Below, piece after piece: positions 13,089 to 28,367 of a stretch of 32,000 nt of DNA. Every line of letters begins with the position of its first letter. The first letter of the stretch is position 1. The notes beneath the pieces are model-generated. The model was not told the DNA's origin. It was given only the letters and a program-made list of their open reading frames with translations, and did not search any database. The translations under genes were made by a program, and so were the position numbers. Source of the stretch: Escherichia coli (lineage in GTDB: Bacteria > Pseudomonadota > Gammaproteobacteria > Enterobacterales > Enterobacteriaceae); NCBI RefSeq assembly GCF_002310555.1, contig NZ_CP023359.1. One strand, 5' to 3'.

Positions 13089-14018
13089 TTAGCGGGAAAG
13101 GTAAGCGTAAATTTTTTGCGTATCGTCATGGGAGCACAGACGTGTTCCCTGATTGAGTGTGGCTGCACTCCCCGCAGCTACGCCAAAACGGACCATCTCT
13201 TCAAGAGAGGCATTTTCTGCCAGTTTCAGTGTCATCGCGCCGACCATGCTGTCACCAGCGCCAACGGTACTCTGGCTTTTCACCGGTGGTGGCACCACCT
13301 GAATGCAGTTTTCACTATCAACACCCAGCGCTCCTTGTGGACCCAGGGAAACGACAACCCGTTTGGCCTTGCCGCTATTAACGATTTCCTGCGCGGCTTT
13401 GCGGACATCGTCCGGCTGGGTGAGTTCGCGATTCACCAGCGCACTGAGTTCTTTTTGGTTAGGCTTAACCAACTCGATGTTACCAATTGCCAGTGCTGCA
13501 CTTAACGCTTCGCCAGAACTGTCGACGATGCAGCGGATCCCTTGTTTTTGCGCAGCGGAAATCAGTTGGGTTAATTTTTCCAGCTTCACACCTGGCGGCA
13601 GGCTTCCGCTTATGACCAGGATGGCCCCGGATTCAATTTCCAGAACTTGCTCTTCAAGCTGGCGAAACTCATCTTCATTTAATGCCGCGCCTGGCATAAC
13701 AAAACGATACTGCTCACCGCTTGCTTCCACATGTACGTGTAAATTCTGCCGGGTCCAGTCTTTGGCTTCTACAGTAGCGACGGGAACATTTTCATCCGCC
13801 AACAGTGAAACCAGGTGTTCGCCGGTCGCGCCACCCGCCGGGAAGATCGCTGTGGCACTGCCTCCAAGATGGGCAATGGCGCGGGCGACGTTGATGCCGC
13901 CGCCCCCGGGTTCGAACACCGGTGCGGTACAGCGCAGTTTTCCTTCGGGATAAATTTGCGGGGTAATTGTTGCGCTATCGAGAGAGGGCGCAAGTGTCAA
14001 CGTATAGATACGTACCAT
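13089..14018 (-). CDS. pfkB: 6-phosphofructokinase II
   Basis: 309 aa 'MVRIYTLTLAPSLDSATITPQIYPEGKLRCTAPVFEPGGGGINVARAIAHLGG', PfkB motif 'STVGAGDSMVGAM'. Confidence 0.97.
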   Translation of the reverse strand: MVRIYTLTLAPSLDSATITPQIYPEGKLRCTAPVFEPGGGGINVARAIAHLGGSATAIFPAGGATGEHLVSLLADENVPVATVEAKDWTRQNLHVHVEASGEQYRFVMPGAALNEDEFRQLEEQVLEIESGAILVISGSLPPGVKLEKLTQLISAAQKQGIRCIVDSSGEALSAALAIGNIELVKPNQKELSALVNRELTQPDDVRKAAQEIVNSGKAKRVVVSLGPQGALGVDSENCIQVVPPPVKSQSTVGAGDSMVGAMTLKLAENASLEEMVRFGVAAGSAATLNQGTRLCSHDDTQKIYAYLSR

Positions 14019-14260
14019 CATTTCCTCCTATAGGCTGATTTCAGTCTGGCACCGAATCAGCGGAAAGTGAAGAAATTAACAATATGATTTATTGGAGCTT
14101 TATTTAAAATTTTGCAGATAAATATATATAAATAAAAATCTGTTTTCGCCACATGCTTATTCAAAAAATGAAATAAGAATACATTGCTAAGTTATTCGCG
14201 CCTTTTTATAATTCGTTACCTTTCCAGGGACGCTAATCTTTGATCCTTAAGAAAGTTTCC

Positions 14261-14284
14261 GGGACCGCGATGGTCTCTTTTTTT
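14261..14284 (+). terminator. Terminator-like hairpin in the ydiY leader
   Basis: GGGACC GCGAT GGTCTC followed by TTTTTTT, 20 nt upstream of ydiY ATG. Confidence 0.6.
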
Positions 14285-14304
14285 GTTGTACGGACTCTTG
14301 ATAA

Positions 14305-15063
14305 ATGAAGCTTTTGAAGACAGTTCCTGCCATCGTTATGTTGGCGGGGGGCATGTTTGCGTCACTGAATGCAGCTGCCGATGATTCCGTTTTTACTGTC
14401 ATGGACGATCCTGCCAGCGCTAAAAAACCTTTCGAAGGTAATCTGAACGCAGGATATCTTGCACAATCAGGCAATACGAAAAGCTCCTCACTTACGGCTG
14501 ACACCACTATGACCTGGTATGGACAAACCACTGCCTGGTCGCTGTGGGGGAACGCCAGTAATACTTCTTCTAATGATGAGCGTTCTTCAGAAAAATATGC
14601 GGCGGGCGGGCGTAGCCGTTTTAATTTAACTGATTATGACTATTTATTTGGTCAGGCAAGCTGGTTGACAGACCGTTATAACGGCTATCGAGAGCGCGAT
14701 GTGTTGACCGCGGGTTATGGTCGTCAGTTTTTGAATGGCCCGGTACACAGTTTCCGCTTTGAATTCGGTCCAGGTGTGCGTTACGACAAATATACCGACA
14801 ATGCCAGTGAAACTCAGCCGCTGGGCTATGCCTCCGGTGCTTATGCATGGCAGTTGACTGACAACGCTAAATTTACGCAGGGTGTTTCGGTCTTTGGCGC
14901 GGAAGACACAACGCTGAACTCCGAAAGTGCATTAAATGTTGCTATTAATGAACATTTTGGACTGAAGGTGGCTTACAACGTCACATGGAACTCTGAACCT
15001 CCAGAGTCTGCACCGGAACATACCGATCGTCGGACAACCTTATCGCTGGGCTACAGCATGTAA
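14305..15063 (+). CDS. ydiY: YdiY, DUF481-family outer-membrane/acid-inducible protein
   Basis: 252 aa with signal peptide 'MKLLKTVPAIVMLAGGMFASLNAAADD' and beta-strand-rich C-terminus ending in 'LSLGYSM'. Confidence 0.92.
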   Translation: MKLLKTVPAIVMLAGGMFASLNAAADDSVFTVMDDPASAKKPFEGNLNAGYLAQSGNTKSSSLTADTTMTWYGQTTAWSLWGNASNTSSNDERSSEKYAAGGRSRFNLTDYDYLFGQASWLTDRYNGYRERDVLTAGYGRQFLNGPVHSFRFEFGPGVRYDKYTDNASETQPLGYASGAYAWQLTDNAKFTQGVSVFGAEDTTLNSESALNVAINEHFGLKVAYNVTWNSEPPESAPEHTDRRTTLSLGYSM

Positions 15064-15115
15064 AATTATCTGCCGGACCGTGTTATGCGGTCTGGCTGTT
15101 TTCGATTGTCACTGC

Positions 15116-15223
15116 TTAGCCCCAAATCATTGCTGCCCAACGTAGCAACAACATAGCGCCACAGATTGCCAGTAGCACCACCACCATCTTCCAGTGTTTT
15201 TTATCAAAGCGTTTAGTCGGCAT
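15116..15223 (-). CDS. yniD: Small membrane protein YniD, 35 aa
   Basis: Internal Met of the 72-aa track ORF gives MPTKRFDKKHWKMVVVLLAICGAMLLLRWAAMIWG, single TM segment. Confidence 0.88.
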   Translation of the reverse strand: MPTKRFDKKHWKMVVVLLAICGAMLLLRWAAMIWG

Positions 15224-15395
15224 ACCAGTGTCCTGCATATCTCTTGTGCGTGATAACGGAGTGTAACAAAAGGGACGGGCATCAAGGGATTTTTTGTTAT
15301 TACAGCCGTTGGGTGACGTTGTACACCTGCTCACTGTTTCTGCGTTTTATGAAAAAATAAAATTATGCATCAACATATATATCGTAAATAGTTGG

Positions 15396-17294
15396 TTATA
15401 AATACGTCTTTAGTTCATCAGCACTAAAACTCAGGCTTTGGCTGATTATATCTATAGCAGCATAATATGTTTCTACAGTTTTATAATGATTATGATGAAT
15501 GGCTATATGAACAGCTGACATGTTGTCATGATTTTTAGCAGCCAATAGTGTAAATAACTGATGTTGACTAAAAGAATGTTTTTTTGCAAAAGTACCCAGC
15601 GTCGATATATAAGATAACACGACGTCTTCATTACCCTTGCTCATGGCAATGTATAATGCAGGGGTTCCATGTGCTGTAGCGCCTTTTAATAAATCTATGA
15701 TGTTAGCTTTGCTCAATTTGTATTTAAAGGCAATGCCATTAATTTTAGAGAGGAACCGTGTGACACACAAAGGGTGATTATTTTCCATTGCGGCATATAA
15801 TCCTGGCTCACCATCATGTATTTTCATGGCTAAAATACTCATCACCAGTTTTTTGTTTAAAAGCTCTTGTGCTATTGGAGTGGTTAATGCATTCAGAAAG
15901 ATATCGATTATTTCATCAAATCCATACAACATGGAGATATAGAGTCCAGGTGTTTCGTTAGCACTTTTAGTTTGCAACAATTTAACCAGATTATCTTCAT
16001 GAATGATATGATTGTATACCAGTGACTGAATTTCTTGCATAAATATTTTGACGTTGTCAGCATGTCCGTTCATCATAGCCAGAAATAAAGCAGGTGTACC
16101 AACGCTATTCTGCGCAGTTATTATTTTAATGATTTCTTTTTCAGGGAGTATGGGCAACTGTTTGAATAATGTAATAAGCTGTTGAGTCTGGCCTGTGGCC
16201 ATTATTAACAACATTGCCGATGGATGTATAGGGGCAAATGGCATTCGTGATGCAATACCCGCGAAAATAGCCCCTGGAACTCCCACAGGTAATAGGGGCA
16301 GAATAGCAATTGCACAGTTGCGAACATACCTATCAGCCCAGGTCTGAGCATCGGGACCTGAACTGATGAACTTATCAAGCGAGAGAAAGCCCCGTGCTGT
16401 CCTGTGGGTGCCTCTGACGGCAACGTTGGTATCGTTCGGGTCGTAAACAGACACAACATAATTTAATTGTCCATACACTGACTGCTTTATTCGTAGCCTT
16501 ACTGACAAAGTATGATTGTCTATATATAAAATCGCGGACATATGACTGACATTGTTTGCCATCATTCGACAAAAGAAAATATCTAAAGCGAAGCCAAAAT
16601 CCTTACTCGCGATAACGCGACTCCCTGCAGGAGGATGGCGAAGTAATGCTCTGAACTCCGCGTCCCGGATTAAGGGGATATGCTGTTGTATGGATTCAAC
16701 GGAGGAGTAATGTTTAATCAGGTTGACTTTGCCTTTTCCATTTCTCAATGAATCAAGGGCGTATTGCAATGACAGATGGCGACAAAAAATAGCGTCAGAA
16801 GGAGATTGCAAAAAACATGCACTACCATTGAGATTTACTGTTGGTTGTATAGTCTTTTCTCTATGGATTTTTTTAGACAGTTTCATACAATGGTTACGAT
16901 CTTCGGCAGTTAACTGTTCCTGCTCAATATAATCCAGTATGCTTCGCAAATGGTTAGCCTTAATAGGCGTGGTTTCCAGAAATAAGGGAATGATTTCTTT
17001 TTTATAGTGTAATGTAATGAGTATATTTTCTGCATGGATGGGTGAAGTGGCAAAGTTAATGATAAAAAGGGCAGTGGAGTAACAATTTTGTGATATTTTT
17101 CGACAGCTTGCGGTAAATTCCTGAGTAACACAGTATGACAGCATCGAACTTAAGTCAGAGGTATCAAGTAGGGTGATGAGTTGGCGCGCAAATTGATTAA
17201 TAGGCTCTGATGAAGGCGTTGGTATGTCGCTATCGATGTGCAATCTATGAGGAGACTTATAATGAGTTCTGATAATGATATCGTTTTGACTCAT
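15396..17294 (-). CDS. arpB: Ankyrin-repeat protein ArpB, full-length 632-aa open frame
   Basis: Uninterrupted 632 codons; ankyrin-like repeats '[17 protein letters not shown]', '[17 protein letters not shown]', '[17 protein letters not shown]'; located between ydiY/yniD and thrS. Confidence 0.85.
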   Translation of the reverse strand: MSQNDIIIRTHYKSPHRLHIDSDIPTPSSEPINQFARQLITLLDTSDLSSMLSYCVTQEFTASCRKISQNCYSTALFIINFATSPIHAENILITLHYKKEIIPLFLETTPIKANHLRSILDYIEQEQLTAEDRNHCMKLSKKIHREKTIQPTVNLNGSACFLQSPSDAIFCRHLSLQYALDSLRNGKGKVNLIKHYSSVESIQQHIPLIRDAEFRALLRHPPAGSRVIASKDFGFALDIFFCRMMANNVSHMSAILYIDNHTLSVRLRIKQSVYGQLNYVVSVYDPNDTNVAVRGTHRTARGFLSLDKFISSGPDAQTWADRYVRNCAIAILPLLPVGVPGAIFAGIASRMPFAPIHPSAMLLIMATGQTQQLITLFKQLPILPEKEIIKIITAQNSVGTPALFLAMMNGHADNVKIFMQEIQSLVYNHIIHEDNLVKLLQTKSANETPGLYISMLYGFDEIIDIFLNALTTPIAQELLNKKLVMSILAMKIHDGEPGLYAAMENNHPLCVTRFLSKINGIAFKYKLSKANIIDLLKGATAHGTPALYIAMSKGNEDVVLSYISTLGTFAKKHSFSQHQLFTLLAAKNHDNMSAVHIAIHHNHYKTVETYYAAIDIISQSLSFSADELKTYL

Positions 17295-17772
17295 AATCTG
17301 TTCGCCTTATATATCTGGAGGTTTTGAGGATGATGATTAATTATTATCGCCAGAACGAAATGTGCACGAAAAATTGCTATAAGAATTGTGTCACTTTTAT
17401 CATTGCGATATGACCACTTCGTCATTAATCTCATGATCGTTTAAATACTACCGCCAAATCACGCAACGAACTTTGCTGGATTCAGTTTATGCTGCTGTAA
17501 ATCCGCTCGCAGTAAACCTTTCAGACGCACCGTGATGTTATCAGTGGTTCTTTAAGCGTTTTGCTGGTGTACTCACTACAAACGAATTGCGAATCGAATC
17601 AATGTGAAACGGAAAGGTACAATCTCCCTTTTTTTAGTGTTAACATCGCTCAACCGGGTGGAAGGTGAGAGGTTAATGTCTTTCATTTGTGTACCTGATT
17701 GCGAACCAATTTAGCATTTGTTGGCTAGATGGTTTCGCAATGAACTGTTAATAAACAAATTTTTCTTTGTAT

Positions 17773-17793
17773 GTGATCTTTCGTGTGGGTCAC
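17773..17793 (+). promoter_or_regulatory. thrS translational operator hairpin with threonine-anticodon-like loop
   Basis: GTGATC TTTCGTGTG GGTCAC stem-loop (CGT in loop) immediately upstream of the thrS SD (AAGGATATAAAATG). Confidence 0.75.
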
Positions 17794-17814
17794 CACTGCA
17801 AATAAGGATATAAA

Positions 17815-19743
17815 ATGCCTGTTATAACTCTTCCTGATGGCAGCCAACGCCATTACGACCACGCTGTAAGCCCCATGGATGTTGCGCTGGACATTGGTCC
17901 AGGTCTGGCGAAAGCCTGTATCGCAGGGCGCGTTAATGGCGAACTGGTTGATGCTTGCGATCTGATTGAAAACGACGCACAACTGTCGATCATTACCGCC
18001 AAAGACGAAGAAGGTCTGGAGATCATTCGTCACTCCTGTGCGCACCTGTTAGGGCACGCGATTAAACAACTTTGGCCGCATACCAAAATGGCAATCGGCC
18101 CGGTTATTGACAACGGTTTTTATTACGACGTTGATCTTGACCGCACGTTAACCCAGGAAGATGTCGAAGCACTCGAGAAGCGGATGCATGAGCTTGCTGA
18201 GAAAAACTACGACGTCATTAAGAAGAAAGTCAGCTGGCACGAAGCGCGTGAAACTTTCGCCAACCGTGGGGAGAGCTACAAAGTCTCCATTCTTGACGAA
18301 AACATCGCCCATGATGACAAGCCAGGTCTGTACTTCCATGAAGAATATGTCGATATGTGCCGCGGTCCGCACGTACCGAACATGCGTTTCTGCCATCATT
18401 TCAAACTAATGAAAACGGCAGGGGCTTACTGGCGTGGCGACAGCAACAACAAAATGTTGCAACGTATTTACGGTACGGCGTGGGCAGACAAAAAAGCGCT
18501 TAACGCTTACCTACAGCGCCTGGAAGAAGCCGCGAAACGCGACCACCGTAAAATCGGTAAACAGCTCGACCTGTACCATATGCAGGAAGAAGCGCCGGGT
18601 ATGGTATTCTGGCACAACGACGGCTGGACCATCTTCCGTGAACTAGAAGTGTTTGTTCGTTCTAAACTGAAAGAGTACCAGTATCAGGAAGTTAAAGGTC
18701 CGTTCATGATGGACCGTGTCCTGTGGGAAAAAACCGGTCACTGGGACAACTACAAAGATGCAATGTTCACCACGTCTTCTGAGAACCGTGAATACTGCAT
18801 TAAGCCGATGAACTGCCCGGGTCACGTACAAATTTTCAACCAGGGGCTGAAGTCTTATCGCGATCTGCCGCTGCGTATGGCCGAGTTTGGTAGCTGCCAC
18901 CGTAATGAGCCGTCAGGTTCGCTGCATGGCCTGATGCGCGTGCGTGGATTTACCCAGGATGACGCGCATATCTTCTGTACTGAAGAACAAATTCGCGATG
19001 AAGTTAACGGATGTATCCGTTTAGTCTATGATATGTACAGCACTTTTGGCTTCGAGAAGATCGTCGTCAAACTCTCCACTCGTCCTGAAAAACGTATTGG
19101 CAGCGACGAAATGTGGGATCGTGCTGAGGCGGACCTGGCGGTTGCGCTGGAAGAAAACAACATCCCGTTTGAATATCAACTGGGTGAAGGCGCTTTCTAC
19201 GGTCCGAAAATTGAATTTACCCTGTATGACTGCCTCGATCGTGCATGGCAGTGCGGTACAGTACAGCTGGACTTCTCCTTGCCGTCTCGTCTGAGCGCCT
19301 CCTATGTGGGCGAAGACAACGAGCGTAAGGTACCGGTAATGATTCACCGCGCAATTCTTGGGTCGATGGAACGTTTCATCGGTATCCTGACCGAAGAATT
19401 CGCTGGTTTCTTCCCGACCTGGCTTGCGCCGGTTCAGGTTGTTATCATGAATATTACCGATTCACAGTCTGATTACGTTAACGAATTGACGCAAAAACTA
19501 TCAAATGCGGGCATTCGTGTTAAAGCAGACTTGAGAAATGAGAAGATTGGCTTTAAAATCCGCGAGCACACTTTGCGTCGCGTCCCATATATGCTGGTCT
19601 GTGGTGATAAAGAGGTGGAATCAGGCAAAGTTGCCGTTCGCACCCGCCGTGGTAAAGACCTGGGAAGCATGGACGTAAATGAAGTGATCGAGAAGCTGCA
19701 ACAAGAGATTCGCAGCCGCAGTCTTAAACAATTGGAGGAATAA
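17815..19743 (+). CDS. thrS: Threonyl-tRNA synthetase
   Basis: 642 aa '[42 protein letters not shown]'. Confidence 0.99.
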
Positions 19744-20289
<546 letters not shown>

Positions 20290-20361
20290 GGCCTTCAAGT
20301 AGCACTGTCTGTGGAGCCTTCGGGCTTCACAGGCTTTGTTCGCCTTTGTTTCGTTTATTAA

Positions 20362-20583
<222 letters not shown>

Positions 20584-20608
20584 GCCGTTAACGTTTTTAA
20601 CTTTTTAA

Positions 20609-20992
<384 letters not shown>

Positions 20993-21002
20993 GCCAGTTG
21001 AA

Positions 21003-21026
21003 AGAGGGAGCTAGTCTCCCTCTTTT
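21003..21026 (+). terminator. Intrinsic terminator after rplT
   Basis: AGAGGGAG CTAGT CTCCCTCT TTT. Confidence 0.8.
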
Positions 21027-21114
21027 CGTTTCAACGCCATCAAAACATTGACTTTTATCGCCGTAGCCTTTTCAATAAAGGTCTTTTGAAGAGTACCAAA
21101 AGGTAACGCAAGCA

Positions 21115-21159
21115 ATGAATGCTGCTATTTTCCGCTTCTTTTTTTACTTTAGCACCTGA
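21115..21159 (+). CDS. pheM: pheST attenuator leader peptide, 14 aa
   Basis: ATG AAT GCT GCT ATT TTC CGC TTC TTT TTT TAC TTT AGC ACC TGA = [14 protein letters not shown]; five Phe codons; followed by terminator. Confidence 0.96.
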
Positions 21160-21205
21160 ATCCAGGAGGCTAGCGCGTGAGAAGAGAAACGGAAAACAGC
21201 GCCTG

Positions 21206-21231
21206 AAAGCCTCCCAGTGGAGGCTTTTTTT
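21206..21231 (+). terminator. pheST attenuator terminator
   Basis: GCCTCC CAGT GGAGGC TTTTTTT. Confidence 0.9.
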
Positions 21232-21399
21232 GTATGCGCGTTTTGAAAAATAAAAAGCCAGTCTATCAGGCGTAATTGTCGCAGCCAGTCTGGACACGGC
21301 CAGCGCGGAGAAACCGGAGCGTAATTAAGTACGTGAGGATTTCGAGCACTGCCCGGGACCAAAATGGCAAGTAAAATAGCCTGATGGGATAGGCTCTAA

Positions 21400-22425
<1,026 letters not shown>

Positions 22426-22436
22426 GGCAGGAATAG

Positions 22437-24827
<2,391 letters not shown>

Positions 24828-24831
24828 ACCT

Positions 24832-25131
24832 ATGGCGCTTACAAAAGCTGAAATGTCAGAATATCTGTTTGATAAGCTTGGGCTTAGCAAGCGGGATGCC
24901 AAAGAACTGGTTGAACTGTTTTTCGAAGAGATCCGTCGCGCTCTGGAAAACGGCGAACAGGTGAAACTCTCTGGTTTTGGTAACTTCGATCTGCGTGATA
25001 AGAATCAACGCCCGGGACGTAACCCGAAAACGGGCGAGGATATTCCCATTACAGCACGGCGCGTGGTGACCTTCAGACCCGGGCAGAAGTTAAAAAGCCG
25101 GGTCGAAAACGCTTCGCCCAAAGACGAGTAA
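24832..25131 (+). CDS. ihfA: Integration host factor subunit alpha
   Basis: 99 aa [43 protein letters not shown]. Confidence 0.99.
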
Positions 25132-25145
25132 TCTGATCTAACTAA

Positions 25146-25169
25146 AAAGGCCGCTCTGCGGCCTTTTTT
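25146..25169 (+). terminator. Intrinsic terminator after ihfA
   Basis: AAAGGCCGC TCT GCGGCC TTTTTT. Confidence 0.9.
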
Positions 25170-25231
25170 CTTTTCACTGTCGAAGAGTCACCGTAAAATC
25201 AACGCCATGACACTTCAGCAGAACGGATACC

Positions 25232-26212
25232 ATGCTGACACTTGCCCGCCAACAACAGCGACAAAATATTCGCTGGTTATTATGCCTGTCAGTTTTGATG
25301 CTGCTGGCGCTTCTCTTAAGCCTTTGCGCCGGTGAACAATGGATCTCGCCAGGTGACTGGTTTACTCCTCGTGGCGAACTGTTCGTCTGGCAAATTCGCC
25401 TGCCACGTACGCTGGCTGTATTGCTGGTTGGTGCGGCGCTGGCTATATCCGGCGCTGTAATGCAGGCGTTGTTTGAAAATCCTCTGGCAGAACCTGGACT
25501 ACTTGGCGTCTCTAACGGCGCAGGCGTGGGGCTTATCGCCGCGGTATTGCTTGGGCAAGGGCAACTCCCCAACTGGGCGCTAGGGCTGTGTGCGATTGCT
25601 GGCGCGCTTATCATCACTTTAATACTCTTACGTTTCGCCCGTCGTCATCTTTCGACCAGTCGGTTATTGCTGGCTGGCGTTGCATTAGGGATTATCTGTA
25701 GCGCACTAATGACGTGGGCTATCTACTTTTCCACCTCAGTTGATTTGCGTCAGCTGATGTACTGGATGATGGGCGGTTTTGGCGGCGTAGACTGGCGGCA
25801 AAGCTGGCTGATGCTGGCATTGATCCCCGTGTTGTTGTGGATCTGTTGTCAGTCCAGGCCGATGAATATGTTAGCACTTGGCGAGATCTCGGCGCGGCAA
25901 CTGGGTTTACCCCTGTGGTTCTGGCGCAATGTGCTGGTGGCAGCGACCGGCTGGATGGTTGGCGTCAGTGTGGCGCTGGCGGGTGCTATCGGCTTTATTG
26001 GTCTGGTGATCCCACATATTCTTCGGTTGTGTGGTTTAACCGATCATCGCGTATTACTTCCCGGCTGCGCGCTGGCAGGGGCGAGCGCATTGCTGCTGGC
26101 CGATGTTGTAGCGCGCTTGGCATTAGCTGCCGCAGAGCTGCCTATTGGCGTGGTCACCGCAACGTTGGGTGCGCCGGTGTTTATCTGGTTATTGTTAAAA
26201 GCAGGACGTTAG
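25232..26212 (+). CDS. btuC: Vitamin B12 ABC transporter permease
   Basis: 326 aa [37 protein letters not shown], FecCD-type permease. Confidence 0.97.
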   Translation: MLTLARQQQRQNIRWLLCLSVLMLLALLLSLCAGEQWISPGDWFTPRGELFVWQIRLPRTLAVLLVGAALAISGAVMQALFENPLAEPGLLGVSNGAGVGLIAAVLLGQGQLPNWALGLCAIAGALIITLILLRFARRHLSTSRLLLAGVALGIICSALMTWAIYFSTSVDLRQLMYWMMGGFGGVDWRQSWLMLALIPVLLWICCQSRPMNMLALGEISARQLGLPLWFWRNVLVAATGWMVGVSVALAGAIGFIGLVIPHILRLCGLTDHRVLLPGCALAGASALLLADVVARLALAAAELPIGVVTATLGAPVFIWLLLKAGR

Positions 26213-26274
26213 CCGCAAAAAGACGGTCTATGATTAAAAGCTAAGATTTTTACTGACCACACCCAGGAGAAACG

Positions 26275-26826
26275 ATGCAAGATTCCATTCTGACGACCGT
26301 AGTGAAAGATATCGACGGTGAAGTGACCACGCTGGAGAAGTACGCCGGTAATGTGCTGTTGATTGTCAATGTCGCCTCAAAGTGTGGCTTAACGCCGCAA
26401 TATGAGCAGTTGGAGAATATTCAGAAAGCCTGGGCCGATCGAGGTTTTGTGGTGCTGGGATTCCCGTGCAACCAGTTTCTGGAACAAGAACCGGGCAGCG
26501 ATGAAGAGATTAAAACTTACTGTACCACCACATGGGGGGTGACGTTCCCGATGTTCAGTAAGATTGAAGTTAATGGCGAAGGACGCCATCCGCTGTATCA
26601 AAAATTGATTGCCGCAGCGCCGACCGCAGTCGCGCCGGAAGAGAGCGGATTCTATGCCCGTATGGTCAGCAAAGGTCGTGCACCGCTGTACCCTGATGAT
26701 ATTTTATGGAATTTTGAGAAATTTTTAGTTGGCAGGGACGGATTGGTCATCCAGCGTTTTTCCCCGGATATGACGCCGGAAGACCCCATTGTGATGGAAA
26801 GCATTAAACTGGCGTTGGCAAAATAA
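26275..26826 (+). CDS. btuE: Glutathione peroxidase-like / thioredoxin-dependent peroxidase BtuE
   Basis: 183 aa with '[20 protein letters not shown]' and 'GFPCNQF' motifs. Confidence 0.97.
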
Positions 26827-27575
26827 TGTCTATTGTGATGCAGTTACAGGATGTTGCGGAATCTACCCGCCTGGGGCCACTTTCTGGCGAGGTTCGGGCT
26901 GGGGAGATCCTGCACCTGGTGGGGCCGAATGGCGCGGGTAAGAGTACCTTGCTTGCACGAATGGCCGGAATGACCAGCGGTAAGGGAAGCATTCAGTTCG
27001 CGGGGCAACCCCTGGAAGCATGGTCCGCAACAAAACTCGCGCTGCATCGCGCCTATCTTTCACAACAGCAGACGCCGCCGTTTGCAATGCCGGTCTGGCA
27101 CTACCTGACACTGCATCAGCACGATAAAACGCGTACCGAACTACTGAATGATGTCGCAGGGGCGCTGGCTCTTGATGACAAACTCGGACGTAGCACCAAT
27201 CAACTTTCCGGCGGTGAATGGCAACGCGTACGTCTTGCTGCGGTGGTGCTGCAAATCACACCACAAGCCAATCCCGCAGGTCAATTGCTGCTTCTTGATG
27301 AGCCGATGAACAGTCTTGATGTTGCGCAACAAAGTGCGTTAGACAAAATTCTGAGCGCTCTGTGTCAGCAAGGACTGGCGATTGTGATGAGCAGTCACGA
27401 TCTCAACCACACATTGCGTCATGCGCATCGGGCGTGGTTGCTAAAAGGTGGAAAAATGCTGGCCAGTGGACGCAGAGAAGAGGTGCTCACGCCGCCAAAT
27501 CTGGCGCAGGCCTATGGGATGAATTTTCGCCGTCTGGATATCGAAGGTCACAGAATGCTGATTTCGACCATCTGA
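26826..27575 (+). CDS. btuD: Vitamin B12 ABC transporter ATP-binding protein
   Basis: 249 aa with Walker A '[11 protein letters not shown]' and signature '[14 protein letters not shown]'. Confidence 0.97.
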
Positions 27576-27652
27576 TTTCATTAGTATCTTGAAAATCGGG
27601 TAATTACGACGCTAAATTAATGCAAGAATAAAAAACAGAGGAACCGTACGGA

Positions 27653-28117
27653 ATGCGTTTCTGCCTTATTTTGATCACAGCACTGTTTCTGGCCGGGTGT
27701 AGCCACCATAAAGCACCGCCGCCAAATGCCAGACTTTCTGATTCGATTACCGTTATTGCCGGTTTGAACGACCAGCTACAAAGCTGGCATGGCACGCCGT
27801 ATCGTTATGGTGGCATGACGCGGCGCGGTGTGGACTGTTCGGGATTTGTGGTTGTAACGATGCGCGATCGTTTCGATTTGCAGCTGCCCCGAGAAACCAA
27901 AGAACAAGCCTCTATCGGCACGCAAATTGATAAAGACGAGTTGCTGCCTGGTGACCTGGTCTTTTTCAAAACGGGTTCCGGACAAAATGGTTTGCATGTA
28001 GGTATTTACGATACCAACAACCAATTTATCCACGCCTCTACCAGCAAGGGAGTGATGCGTTCCTCACTTGATAATGTCTATTGGCAGAAAAATTTCTGGC
28101 AGGCGAGACGAATTTAG
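27653..28117 (+). CDS. nlpC: NlpC/P60 family lipoprotein
   Basis: 154 aa, lipobox 'LFLAGCSH', 'GVDCSGFV' catalytic motif. Confidence 0.96.
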   Translation: MRFCLILITALFLAGCSHHKAPPPNARLSDSITVIAGLNDQLQSWHGTPYRYGGMTRRGVDCSGFVVVTMRDRFDLQLPRETKEQASIGTQIDKDELLPGDLVFFKTGSGQNGLHVGIYDTNNQFIHASTSKGVMRSSLDNVYWQKNFWQARRI

Positions 28118-28126
28118 TATGTCGAA

Positions 28127-28159
28127 AAATGGACGGCGATGATACATCGCCGTCCATTT
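28127..28159. terminator. Perfect 15-bp inverted repeat, 3-nt loop, downstream of nlpC
   Basis: AAATGGACGGCGATG ATA CATCGCCGTCCATTT. Confidence 0.65.
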
Positions 28160-28262
28160 ACTCCTGAATACAGTAGTATTTTGCAGACAAAAATTCCGTA
28201 AATGGATTATTCGTTTATAATCAGGATAATCTAAAAAAAGGACCCCTGAAAAAGTGGTTAAC

Positions 28263-28367
28263 ATGGAACAAATGAAAGTTACTCCTTCTGTAATTGTTAT
28301 GTCTTATGGCCTCATCCCTTTTAGCCGGATACTGAAAAACATCCTTCGAGAGGGACGGTTACCATGA
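28263..28367 (+). CDS. Candidate 34-aa upstream ORF overlapping the ydiV start (ATGA)
   Basis: ATG GAA CAA ATG ... CGG TTA CCA TGA = MEQMKVTPSVIVMSYGLIPFSRILKNILREGRLP; stop overlaps the ydiV ATG. Confidence 0.4.
   Translation: MEQMKVTPSVIVMSYGLIPFSRILKNILREGRLP

Noticed and set aside
17295-17760. Hidden gene or toxin-antitoxin locus in the arpB-thrS gap
   Set aside because: No convincing ORF with an SD; region is better explained as divergent promoters and the thrS leader.
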